DNA of 64,000 bases from Chlorokybus atmophyticus (taxonomy: Eukaryota; Plantae; Mesostigma and Chlorokybus algae), in assembly GCA_009103225.1 (NCBI GenBank), contig RHPI01003156.1, forward strand, positions 19,880-83,879, given 5' to 3'. Shown here piece after piece: positions 39,667 through 52,129 of this stretch. The position numbers were made by a program, and so were the translations under genes. The notes under the pieces are model-generated. The model made no database searches. It was not told the origin of the DNA and worked only from the letters and a program-made list of their open reading frames with translations. Position 1 is the first letter of the stretch; every line of letters begins with the position of its first letter.

Positions 39667-41643
39667 TCATCTCATGGCGGGTGGTTGAAGCCCAGAGTGC
39701 ATCATCTGGACCTGCGGAGCTGCAATGGGATTGAAGTTGTTACTGTTGTGTTGTTGTTGTTGTTGTTGTTGTTGTGTCGTCATCATGGACATCATCCCCG
39801 TGGTGGGTTGCAGCGGGTGCTGCAGGCGTATCATCAGCTCGCGGTTCTCTTGAGCCAACGCGCAGCAGTTGCAGAAGAACGACACGAGGCAGTCGTGGCA
39901 AGGCGTCGCCTGCGTGAGGGGGGGAGTGTGACAATGTGGGCACGAGGACGGGGTGTGTATACGTGTGCGCGTGGCATGTGCACTGTATCTGCTGTCTGCT
40001 TTGCACACGAGTCCGGAAGTGCACAGCCATCACCGCACCGTGTGGGTGCAAAGTGTGTGTGTGCGTGTGACAGCTTGCCTTGAAACACATACACGCACAC
40101 TCGCGCACACGTCCACGCAAGACCACCAAACAGCATTCTCTCTCACCGGCAGTTTGTACTTGTCCCTCAGCTGTCTCCTCGACACCCACTGCGTTATCCA
40201 CGCCAGCGGCGGGCAGAGCGGCAGTCCGAATACGGCGGCGACGGCCGTCAGTAGTCCACCCAAAGCGAAGTGGAGGGCGCAGGCGCCGACGCAGCTGCCG
40301 TGACAGACGCCGCTGGGACCCTGCATCTGGACGTTGAGGCCGTACTGGCAGGAGGGGCAGCAGCAGGCGAAAACGCCTGCGGGAGGGAGGGGGAGGCGTG
40401 TGCGGTGTGCACTTAGGTGTACATGTGGCAAGCGTGCACGCACGTGCCTGTCTGCATCTGCTGATGTGTGCGTGCGCACGTAGACAGCTGTCTGCCGGCA
40501 TGCTTGCTGAGGCATAGCTGGGTGTGCATGTGCATGTCTGCTTGTGCATGCACGCAGGCATGTGTCTTCTCGTGAGTGCACACGTGCGCATTTGGATGTG
40601 CGAATGCGTGCATGCGTACGTGCATCCACGCCTGTAACCACACACACGCACACGTTCACCAAACTGCTCTGATCTTGCTTACACAGCCCACATCCCCCCG
40701 GTTCGGCGCAGCAGTCGTACAAGTCGCGTTGCCAGTCCCCCTCATTGACCGGGCCGAACGGCAGGACGATGGAGGCGACGCCGGGAGGCAGTTGCTGCTG
40801 CTGTAGCTGTTGTTGGTGTTGTTGGTTGAAACTGGAGGAGGGCTGCGGAGGAGGGGGGAAGTAGGAGGAAGAGAGGGGAGGGGAGTAGGAGCTGGCTACC
40901 TGTGTGGCGAGGTGTGTGTTGTGATGTGTGTTTATGTGCGTATGAGGGTGTGAGTGTGTGCATGCGCGTGCGCGTGTGAATATGTGAATATGGGTGTATA
41001 GTGTTGCGTATGCATATCTAATTGCCTACCTGTGGGTACGGTTTTAGGTACGGGTCCTGAGGTTGTTGCGGAGGGTATATCGCGTACGGTGCATGATTTG
41101 GATGTTGGTCTTGGTGTTGCTGATGCGGGTAGTGTGCTGCTTGAGGCTGCTCCTGTTGGGCATAAGGAGCCTGCGCCCGTGTGTGTCATGAGTACTCACA
41201 CCCAAGTATTCACACACCAACTCACTAACTCGCACGCTTGTAAAGACAGCAGCCATGCGCAGCACCAACTTCACCAAACCAAACACAGCCTCAAACGCTT
41301 TGGAACAAGATGGTAAACTCAAGCTAACTCCTTGAAACAAACACAACGTTGGCGTTGTAATTCAGGATTCCAGGCAATATCACACGAGCATTCAATGTGA
41401 CTAGCGGAGATACATGAACAGCAACAACACACGCAGAACGCATTGGATTGCAACAAACAGCTTACGCGTACACATGCACAGCCACACACATTGACAAGCA
41501 ACATCTGTGGAACACAGCATAGGCACGTGTCCTAATTACACTACGTACTGTACCCATGCGTGCGGCGGTCCCGCTTCAGCCTGGAAGTGGCCGCCGTGCT
41601 GGTACTGGTAGCCGTCACCGTCGGGCGGCGGCGGCTGCGCCAT
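39667..41643 (-). CDS. PLAC8/Cys-rich (PCR/CNR/FW2.2-like) family protein with P/Q/Y-rich N-terminus
   Basis: MAQPPPPDGDGYQY..|APYAQQEQPQ..|..GDWQRDLYDCCAEPGGC|..FACCCPSCQYG..RRQLRDKYKLP|..PCHDCLVSFFCNCCALAQENREL. Confidence 0.9.
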
Positions 41644-42446
41644 TGCCCTCCCCTTCCTCCTCCTCCTCCTCCGCCGCCGCCTGCTTGTGCTCCTCGCTAC
41701 CGTCACACATTGCCACGTGTCGAGGCCGCGCGTCGCTTAACGACGAACCGGCAATGTACCGTACCGTGGAGCCACGGTACACCTTTGACCTGTCGCGTCT
41801 GCTGTGTCGCTTCTCTCGTCACGCTGATTGCGAGTGCCGTAACGACCGTGACGTAAAGCATGCCGCGTGATTATCATTCTGAGGAAGGAAGGAAGGAAAG
41901 TCGTATGCACCCGTTGGCAACGGTCGGATTCGTGCGGGAGGCATAACTTCCGCTATGCACAGCCGATCCTTCCTTGTGTGGCGGAAGCTTGTTGCCGCTG
42001 GTACCTCACAAGGCGCAAGAGGCTTACGTTGGCAAGGCCGCCGCCGCCGCCGCCGCCGCCGCCGCCTCAGCAGCAGCAGCAGCAGCAGGAGGACCCTATT
42101 CCCCTTATCGTTGCTGGTTTGTGCTTGCTGCTTGCTGAGTGTTCTCTTGCCATTTGCCAGCCAGTCGTGCTGCACTGATACGCACTAAGCCCACGCATCA
42201 GGCATATGCATGCTGGCACTGCTCCCAGAGTGACATGACCGTGACACTCGCACTTTTTTCTTCTGCTTGTCGATCAACCACACGCTTTGCAGCACGTCAC
42301 ACACAACAGCGTTGTCATCAAATACAACTATACACTACTGCAGGAGGTACTAGACCTAAACTGCACGCTGCATCTGTTCCAAAATCTCCCATTGCTGCAT
42401 TGCAGAGCGAAAGACAGAGACAACACATTGTCAAATAACCAATCCG

Positions 42447-43320
42447 ATGCCAGCGATGGACACGCTTACGGGAGTGTATCCCCAGCGGAAGAGCAGGCCA
42501 GGAAGGGACGACGACAGGAGTAGTAATAACTATGATAAGAAGGGCGGGAGCCTTAGGAAAGGAGGAGATGACAACCAAAAGGAGGAGACAACAAGGCCAG
42601 AGCGCTCCTCTGGTGAGTGCAAATAGCTCTTGCACGGGCATCAGTGTTAAATACCAGTGTGTTCGGTTTGTCACCCTACTGATGCAGACAGCTTGCATGG
42701 TTGCATAATCAAACACTCGCATGCAATGGTATTTTCTATCCTTTGATGACAAAGCATATTCTTGAATGCATGTATCAGCACTGATCCGTTCAATCTGGTT
42801 CAAGTGACAACTGCTTTACGTACCTCACGTAATCTGTGACAGAGTGTATCAATACGTCACTGGCAAGACTGGCTGCAGGCAATTCAGAGAGAGCCACAAA
42901 CAAATGAGATTGAGAATTGATAAAACTTGGCATTGTGGCAGGATCGGTTGATGCGTTGGCGGCAGAGGAGACACTCCGTCAGTTTGATATGGCGGGACGG
43001 TTCGGCCCGTGCGTGGGCATCACACGGCTTGAACGCTTTGAGCGTGCACACAAGCTGGGCCTTGATCCCCCTCAGGTTTAATTACGTGGTTGTTGTTGTC
43101 TTGGTTGTTGATATGTGCATGTGCACAGTGTCCACGGGTGCATGCATGCGCATATGTGTGCACGTGTGTGTGCATTTGTGTATGTGTGCCACCGGCAGCA
43201 AAGACTGCCAGCGCATGATGTGTCACATCCTTCATAGTATTATGTGTTTTGCAGGAGGTGTTTGACTTGCTCATGACCGGGGCAGTCTCGCACAATTGCT
43301 TGTGGGAGGAGCGCGTGTGA
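42447..43320 (+). CDS. POLD4: DNA polymerase delta subunit 4 (p12)
   Basis: MPAMDTLTGVYPQRKS.. then LRQFDMAGRFGPCVGITRLERFERAHKLGLDPPQ|EVFDLL, the conserved p12 C-terminal signature. Confidence 0.9.
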
Positions 43321-44699
43321 CTGCGGTCGGCTCCCTCTGGCAGCTTCATACCTTCATAAATAGGCGTTGGGACAACCTTGTACAATGGATGAGAAGTCAG
43401 TACGCACAGTTGTTTTGTGCACGCAGCTCAGCATATCGAAGGTGAGTGTGTTGTGTTTTTCCTCGCGATGTAGGTCGTGCTTTATTCAGGCACTGTACTT
43501 TGGCAAGAGCAGAACAGAAAAAAAAAACATTTGATTTAAGACACTTGACAAGGGTATGCCACTAGTACATGCCAATGTGGTGTGCTGGGGGTGATGAACT
43601 CGGTTGTACAAAGTTGCAAGTGGTGAAGTGCAAATGCATTTTGTCTACAACACATCACACTCACCTCTACACCACATACACGACCACCGGGCTAAGCTAA
43701 GCACGCGCTTGCATGCTACTTCTTTACTACTCTGACCCCTATCGCCCCCCTGTCAGTCATGCATTGATTCATATTGTATGCATGCATGCACTCAAAGTCT
43801 AAATATCTGCGAAATGTGTCGCTGTGCGCATACTCATCAAAGGTAAAGATCAGATGAAACACATGGTGAATGTTGGCATGTGCATTGTGTTTGCATGTGA
43901 GCTGTGGATTATATCAGCACGGTCATATGCACCATATTGCATATCTTAGCGAACATAAGAGTTGCAAGTAGCAACTCAAGCATAAAGGAGCCCAATGCAA
44001 AGTAAGCAATGACACACGCACAATCTTCTGCACCTATGCTTTGCAAGTGGGTACCTACTCACATTCACTGCTTAAGACCATTCATGTTCTTATGCAGCAG
44101 AAGCTTCTGCTGCCATGTTGACCGAGCAATTACAAACATTGCGTTATTATTCTCAATGTTGTAATGCAGTGCTGCATTACGATTGCAGTGGACTACACTT
44201 CGCCCTTCACATCTTGACTTGTGTTATTGAAAAAATAAATGCGTTGAGTGTTCATCAATTACTGTGAAACGCAAATGATTGGATTTATTCTACCATTGTT
44301 GGTGTGCTGAGGTTGTCTTCTTCTAAGGGTGCAAGCCAAAGGAGAACAAGAAAAATTGTTCACGTTAGCATCGATAAAAAGCAAACCTTGCAAGTAAACG
44401 CAGACCATGTCATTTGATTATGTATATTGTGCCATGAATTCATTTGTGAATTTGCAATGTTGGAGAGTTGCTTGCGAGGTGATATGTTGAAACACTTACA
44501 TACTCTATATTATAGCTCAACTCAACGTAGTGTGAAAGCCGCTCAGGGTCGTTTGATACTTGATTGCATGCATTATGTGAGCAATTAAGCAGTCAACGGT
44601 CTTTAACAACATCCAATGCGTCTGACATCTTGCGTTGTAACATGGATTTTACTATCAACACTATACCATGCGCGCTATTCGTGTATCGTATGATAAATA

Positions 44700-44920
44700 T
44701 AAATTATATATATAGAGAGAGAGAAAGTCAGATATACATGTATATATATACATATATAGAGATAGAATTAGATATATATGTATATACATATACATATACA
44801 TATATATGTATATATTCAGATATAGATATACATGTATGTAGATATAAATACACATGTATATATATATATATAGATACACATGTATATATATATATTTTTG
44901 TATTTATATATTTTTATATA
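44700..44920. repeat. Degenerate (TA)n/(TACA)n microsatellite
   Basis: TA-dominated low-complexity tract seen directly. Confidence 0.9.
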
Positions 44921-47355
44921 ACGAACACTGCTGAATGTGAGGTTTACTAATACCAATTGCAGCCGCATGTGTCTATAAACCGCCCGTTTACGAAATGCAG
45001 GCGGTGAAAAGGTCCTTCTCATAATATGCTTGCGAGTGGTTATCGGCATTGTTACTAACTGTTGCAACAAACACACAATTTGTCAACTTTCGTGTTCAAT
45101 TGCTAAAAAATTGTACATGCGTTTTACAATGCAAAAATACATAAATGGATATGTATCGTTGAATAAAAACTTGCTATCTTATTGTTACAAACACACGTGT
45201 CCATGAACTTTACAATATTGCTATAAGGTTGCACAACTTTTTTATTGCTTATTTTCATTGTCAAAGGGATTATAGTTATTGAAGTGAAAAACACACATAC
45301 ACAACTTAAATTTAGAGTCTTTCACTTGCGGCTTAAATGAACCGCTTGATCAATCAAGTAAAAGTTGACTGTTGATGAAATAAACAATTTTAATTTTTGA
45401 AATAATTGCGTGCTTAACGTGTTTGCTATGAAACAATAGCTGCATTGTGAATTACATTGTTGTGTGTATCGGTTGTTGACAGAGTTGCAACAGCGAAGGA
45501 TTGCAATTATTCATACGACGGGGCAAAGTGAACCCTTGATTACACAAATCCGCAAAATGTTGTGTAGTGATATATGTAATAATACATTAAGTAACTTTAT
45601 ACTCTGTAACCATAACCAAGATTACTTTTTTACAATTCATTAAATGCTGATGTCTGGCACTATGCGAGTTATGTACGAACGCAAATGCTTCAACGCATAC
45701 TCTACAGCCACGAACTATTCAAGCTACAGTGTAATTGTTAAGATAATGGGTGCAGACGAAGATTATTATCAACTTGCGTGCCAACTGTGGTGTACTCAAT
45801 GCAACAGCATTGACTCATGACTGCGGCGGAAACTAAACGCCCCCAACTGGACCGTCGCACGAACAGTTCGTGGCTGTACGGTAGTGCTGTTATCATGAGG
45901 TACGCAATACTACTGGTACAACTGCCCGCAAGATATTACACTGTACCACTCAAGTACGTGCAAGCGACTTGACGTTTAGTAGGTTTGTCCCTAACAGCTG
46001 CTAGGGCCTTAATAACTACGCGACACACCTCGTCCCCGACAAGGCTTGTCGTCAGCAGCGCAACATCTTGCGCAACTGCAGCGAAGGGTCAGGCAAATCT
46101 CTGTCACAAAGGAATATGCTCTGTTATGCGGGGGGGCGCCGCCAGCAATCAGTGCAGATCGCAATCTCTGCACCCCGCGTCCCAGACGCGCCGCAGCCCA
46201 CCCTGTCTGCGCTGCCACGTAGCCCTGGGACTGCGATCTTTCGTCTACCAAGCATTGCATGCTCGATCAGCATCCAGGACTTCCCGGATTTCATGATTAC
46301 CAGGTTTTTCTGCCTGGGTTAAACCACTTGATTGCCATGCTGGAACACTTTGGCATTTGGCCCTGGTGACTTGCTATTGGCAACCCGCTTGAATAAACGT
46401 CTACTAAGCGGCTCGACAGACAGCGTCCTCTTCCGTCCCGTTCATCAGTGTTCCTGCACAAGATCTTCTAGCCTAGAACTGGTCAAGAAGTTCTTCCTTC
46501 CTGACCGAGAACTTGTTTGCTGATCTATGTACTGCTACCCATTGAATGAACACAAACCTAATGGGAGGTTGTACACGATATGGAGTTGTCCTCAGGCCTG
46601 TCATCATTTTGTGACCGATGCGAGCCGCCGTTTCGCGGCAGGATTGGTTGAGGCTTGCCTGCTCGCAATGGTGGAAAGCCGACCTCAACCGGAACTGCAT
46701 CCGTGCGCCAGCGTGGCGAGCAGCACCGACCTGGCACCGTACCCGTACTGCACGCTGTACTAGGCTGGTACCGCTCATGTACTAACGCTAAACGAGTGTA
46801 CTGGAAGCACGCGCTCGGCGCATTTCACTTATGGCGGCAGTCGGGGCAAACCAACGCCAATGGTTACCGCCGTTACGCCATGATGCGGGTGAGAATTGCG
46901 GGCGGCATCACTCCACGCCAGACGATGCCACATTCATTCACTTGCCCCTTGGAACTTGGAAGTTTGTGACAGCCGATGAAGCTTCAGTGAGGGAGAGAGG
47001 CCGCCAGAAAGGGTCCAACAGGTTCCGAGATTAAACGTTGGGGCAGCGTAAGCAGCCTGCTAAGTCCAGCGGCCTGGACACGACAGGTTGGCTGTGCTAG
47101 CATAGAGGCGGGGGCGGCAACGGCAGTGGCGTTGAGGATTTTGTTGTTGTCGTCGTGGTAATCAGAGTCGGCGTGAATGCAGCGCTACGCAGCGGGCTCC
47201 GCCTTGACACCGCTGTCGGGCATCCAACCTTCCTCCAGACAAGGCTAGTGTGTACTGCACTCCAGGCTGCCTAGCAGCGGCGGCGGTGTTGTGGAGCTTG
47301 TGTGGTCATCGGGCGTTGAAGTAGGGAGGTGTCGTACACTTTCGCCTGGTTCAAC

Positions 47356-49500
47356 ATGAAGGCGAGGCGGGTGGGGTTAGACGCCTCCCGTCCCATCGTG
47401 AGGTACAGCGTGGCCTCTGCTGTGAAGAAGGGCGAGGACCAGTACGTCGCCCACGCCAAGTGCTACGGGCCCAGGAGCGACGGTTCTAGCATCGAGGACT
47501 ATCCCTTTTGCTGCTTTGCGGTGAGTGCACGTTCGTGTATGCATACGACGTTGTGGGGTGTGCTCTTGGGCTGATGAAGTGGGAGGTAGTTCTAGTTCTT
47601 TGTTGAAGTTCAGTGTTGTTGTTACTAGTAGCTCTCACTCTAATGTGCGAACTCTGTGGACAGCTAAGCTAGCCCNNNNNNNNNNNNNNNNNNNNNNNNN
47701 NNNNNNNNNNNNNNNNNNNNNNNNNNNNNNNNNNNNNNNNNNNNNNNNNNNNNNNNNNNNNNNNNNNNNNNNNNNNNNNNNNNNNNNNNNNNNNNNNNNN
47801 NNNNNNNNNNNNNNNNNNNNNNNNNNNNNNNNNNNNNNNNNNNNNNNNNNNNNNNNNNNNNNNNNNNNNNNNNNNNNNNNNNNNNNNNNNNNNNNNNNNN
47901 CCCCTTTATTACAATCTTGGTGTATGCTGGTGGGTTCTTTGCCCAACTGTGCGCACATGCAGCATGTGCATGCCAGCAGAAGCTGTACCTTTATCCCTCT
48001 GTTGTGGCTCATGTTTGCAGTGTTATCGTGGGCAGGTGTTTGATGGTCATGGGGGCAGACAAGCAGCGGAGTTTTGCACCGATGCGCTTGTTGACAACAT
48101 CATGGGCAGCGTCGCCCTCAACAAGCCCTTTGAGGATGCGGTGCAAGCCGCTGTTGACATTGGTTTCCGGCGTACGCACGCAGAGTTTAAAGCACGCTGT
48201 AAGTGTTCATACACATGTTTCAACATATCCAAGCACTTGTATAGTGCATGGAAGCACCCGCGCACACGCATGCTGGCACAAGCAAGCACGCATGCGCGCA
48301 GCCGTGCACATGCAGGCAGGCGCACAGGCACAGGCACAGGCACACATGGATGTATGCATCAGACAGACATACTCGCATGCACCCAGGCGCACGCACGCAG
48401 GCATGATGCTGGCTGCGCTCAACTGAGACATGCATTGACAGGCGAGCCTTCTGGCACCACTGCAACGATGGTCATAGTTGACGGTTGGACGGTAACTGTT
48501 GGGTGGGTTGGGGATTCACGAGCTATCTTGGTGCACGAAGACAGTGTGGATGAGCTCACTACCGATCATCGACTGGAGGACCACCCCGCTGAGCGCCAGC
48601 GCTGTGTATCTGCTGGGGCAATGCTCGAGCGGCTGCATACACCAAATGGTAGTGAGGTGAGCCACTCGCACCATCAAGTGGTGCAGACAGTACATGCATG
48701 CGTAGTGCTTATGTGTGCATGTTCTGACTTATACCATTCTATAGGTTGGACCGTTGCGCGCGTGGCCCGGGGGCTTATGTTTATCGCGGTCGATTGGAGA
48801 TGTGGACACAGGGCCCGCAATCATAGCAAAGCCGGAAGTGCGGCAGATTAGGCTACCTGCGTGTGGAGGCCGCATTATTGTTGCCACAGACGGGTTGTGG
48901 GATTTCTGTACAAATAAGAAGGTGGCACGCGTAGCAAGGCACAAGACAACCAACGAAGCTGCACCACGCATAGTGAAGGAAGTAAGTCCCAGCACACGCC
49001 CTTGCTGCTTGTGTGAGTGGGTGCATATACTGGCGTGAGCAGCTGCTGATGAAGTGAATCATTCACAGGTATTGAGTACGGCCGGATTGAAGGATGACAT
49101 CACGGTGATGGTCGTTGACGTGTTCCCCCCGCTCCACCCCGCAGCCCGTACTGCCGATGCACCTCTCTTTAGGAGGCAACCAAGCAGGCTGCAGAGAGCG
49201 CTGAGCTTCAACTCCGGCAAACAAGTCCCTGCTGGTTTCACTGAGGAGGACTATGCACCTTACAGTGATGCAGAGACCAGCATTGAGTCCAATGATGGGT
49301 TCGTACAGGACCGCCTTCTACATGTGGGTTCCGTGTGGTGCTCCGAATGTAAAGCATACACTGTTCATGCGGACGCTGGCGTGTTGGTACGAGTATCTTC
49401 CCGCCGCCCGCTCTCTTGCCCAAACCATGGCTATCAGCGCGCGGACGGTCTGCCTCCTTCCCAAGTGGTCGGCTCGCAGCTGGGAGTGGCATCTGCCTGA
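47356..49500 (+). CDS. PP2C: Protein phosphatase 2C of the plant clade carrying the KKGED N-terminal motif
   Basis: KKGED, VFDGHGG, SGTTAT, VGDSRA, DHRLE, VGPLRAWPGGLCLSRSIGD, ATDGLWD, GLKDDITV; first intron contains a gap. Confidence 0.95.
47676..47900. other. Assembly gap (N run) in the PP2C intron
   Basis: Ns flanked by C runs. Confidence 1.
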
Positions 49501-50769
49501 GTAAGTAGCGCTGAAACAGCAAACAACAAGATACACATCTAGCAGCGTGGCTGCAATGGCATTCTGGAGGATGGGCGTAGCTGCATTACTGTTGCTCTGG
49601 GAGCCAGCTGTCACATAATGTACACGAGATATGTAGTAAGTAGCTAAGCGGTGCAGCGTAGATCACCTTCGATCCGCTGCTTACAGTAAAAGTCTGTAAC
49701 TATGTACAGCCACGAGAGTAGCTTGAACTGTAGGTTACGTTGTTGTGAAGGGATTGTGAAGAGTGAACAATTGGACATGATGTGCTCGGTTTATTGTGTT
49801 CTTGATCCTGCTACATGCTGCCCAGTAAGTGTGTAGCTGTGTAAAGTCATGAGAGATCAGCTTGCACAATCAGTCACTGTGCCATGAAGGGGATGCGACG
49901 TGTAAACAAGTAGACGTGATATACCCAGTATGTCATGTGCTCAGTGGCGCCGCATTCATCAACACAACATCATGCCTTATTGCTCGCTGTCGGTAGCTTG
50001 GTTATTCGCCTAATGACCAAGCAGTTGTATGCAATACACATCTGCGCACCTTCATTGCTGTGCAATTATTGTGGTGATGCTTGCAAAGTCTTTCTGTTGA
50101 CCAATCTGATAAATAGCGGCAACAAGACTTACCACATGACATCGGTTTAGACATGATGGTTCCGATATGTCGGGAAGCTTGCAGCACTGAACTGCAGCAG
50201 TCTCCAACATGCACTTGCAGTATGACAACAAAACATCAAATGCAAGATGGTGCTGTCAAGTGTACCACAGAAGCCTACACTTGTGTGCAAGGCATTCATT
50301 GCATGTCTACAATAGTCTTGGAGATTTATGTACACGCTCAAACGCTCATACGCAATGTTTGAAAAGATCCTTGGCGTTGCTTAATTCAGTACACCTAGAG
50401 ACTAGAGATTAGCTGAGGCATAGTACAGCTTGCACCTCACCACACACCGCGGCGATACCCGCCACACTTTTCGTCGAGTGCAATGTGTGCCATGGGGGCT
50501 TGATCAACTGCCCCACATATACATTGTCAACATATGTTGAACCATGAGGAATGCACACTGAGACTGAGAAACAAAAACCACAACACGAAGCAAAGCTAGC
50601 ATTTGGCTGCGTGCTCTTCAGCAAGTGAGCATACGCATGCCACGAGCACAGCCCCAACAAGCAACACGCAGTGCTGTGGAGGTGTGCAGGATGCGGAATA
50701 CATGCATGTAAACCACCAGCACACACCATGTTTGATACATGCGACCACGCACACCCTATGCAGGTGTGC

Positions 50770-51534
50770 ATGTACCTTAGCTGTGAGTTGAGCGCATTCA
50801 TGGCAGCCCGTGCGGCAGCTGAGTGCGCAACCGCTGCGGAGGTTGCCTGCAGGTTGTCCTGAGCAAAATCCGCCTGGGCGTCATCAACACCGCTGCTGTT
50901 GCTCGCTCCATCCACCTCGCCGGATTGTTCAGCGCTGGGCTGCGCTTGCTCAAGCTGCTGCCTCTGCTGCTGCTGCTGCTGCTGCTGGTCACACCCCAAG
51001 CTCTGCGCAGCAGCTTCGCCTTGCATTGAGTCCGCACCGTTTGGCTGGGCAGCCGAGCTGTCAGCCTGCAAGAGTAACTTGAGCCACAGCAGCTGTTGCA
51101 CTTGCAACACATCTTGTTGCTCACGTTGTGCGTGCATTTGCCAATACGCTAGATCAATCCTCGGGAAGCAAACAGTACGTGACACACACCAGCGGCAGGT
51201 AGGCCATGATCTTGCATGCAACATAGCAAAGCCAGCAAACACAGCTGCTGGCAGATGGGCATGACTGCTCTGTGCATATTGAAAGCAACAACATGCTCTG
51301 ACCGCAACGCCGAACATTGACATATGCAACATGCTCTGATCGAGCACAGAGACGCGCAGACGCAGAAACGTTGCGAATAGGCACAGCGCATGCAAACACC
51401 CTGCATATGCATGCGCTGAGCTAAGGAACCTGTTGCTGGCCAGAGGTCTCCGCCTTGCTCTGTTCAGGTCTGAATAGGGCGGCGCCAGCAGCAGCCACGG
51501 CGCCCGCTGCCGCCGCCGCCGCCCCCTTGTCCAT
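50770..51534 (-). CDS. Hypothetical low-complexity (Ala/Gln-rich) protein; 3' exons unresolved
   Basis: MDKGAAAAAAGAVAAAGAALFRPEQSKAETSGQQQ|ADSSAAQPNG..QQQQQQQQRQQLEQ..ARAAMNALNSQLR| with plausible GT/AG sites; no family recognised. Confidence 0.4.
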
Positions 51535-52129
51535 GCTCTCCACCCTGCCAGCAACAGCACGGGTATCGCAATGCTAAAGTAGTATCTCGCCAGATACTGT
51601 AGATACAAACATGCGGCGTCAGCAATGCATGCCAACTTCTCAAACGGCAATTGTAACGTCGCCGCTCAGTTAAACCGCAGTCAAAAGCAAATGTGGATCT
51701 GTGTCGGAGATTTTTTATGCCGCAGGTGGATGAGTCCGATGGTTTTGAGGCCACATATTGAGGCCGTCAACCAACGGCCGTAAGTCGTTCAACACCGTCA
51801 ATGGACGGTGTCACAGCCGGCAAACGGTCCAAGATTTGCGGCTTGTCCGGTGATGTGTGAATTTGGGTATGGGCGCAGTGGTTGATTCATCATTGAGGGA
51901 AACTACAGCTCGCGCAACGCAATTGAGGGAATTGTATACGATTAGGGTTTTGGGCGGCGGCATGGGCGGCAGCGGTGGTGGCCTGGGCATAGGCGTGCGT
52001 GTCGAGGGAGGCGGGCTTGGTCGTGATGATTGCAAATGCGGCGGGTCTTGGTACAAACGCGAATGAGTTAGGGCTGACGTGGCCTCCAGTAACAGCCCTG
52101 CCCTGGAGCGCAAGCCCTAGTGTGTGAGG

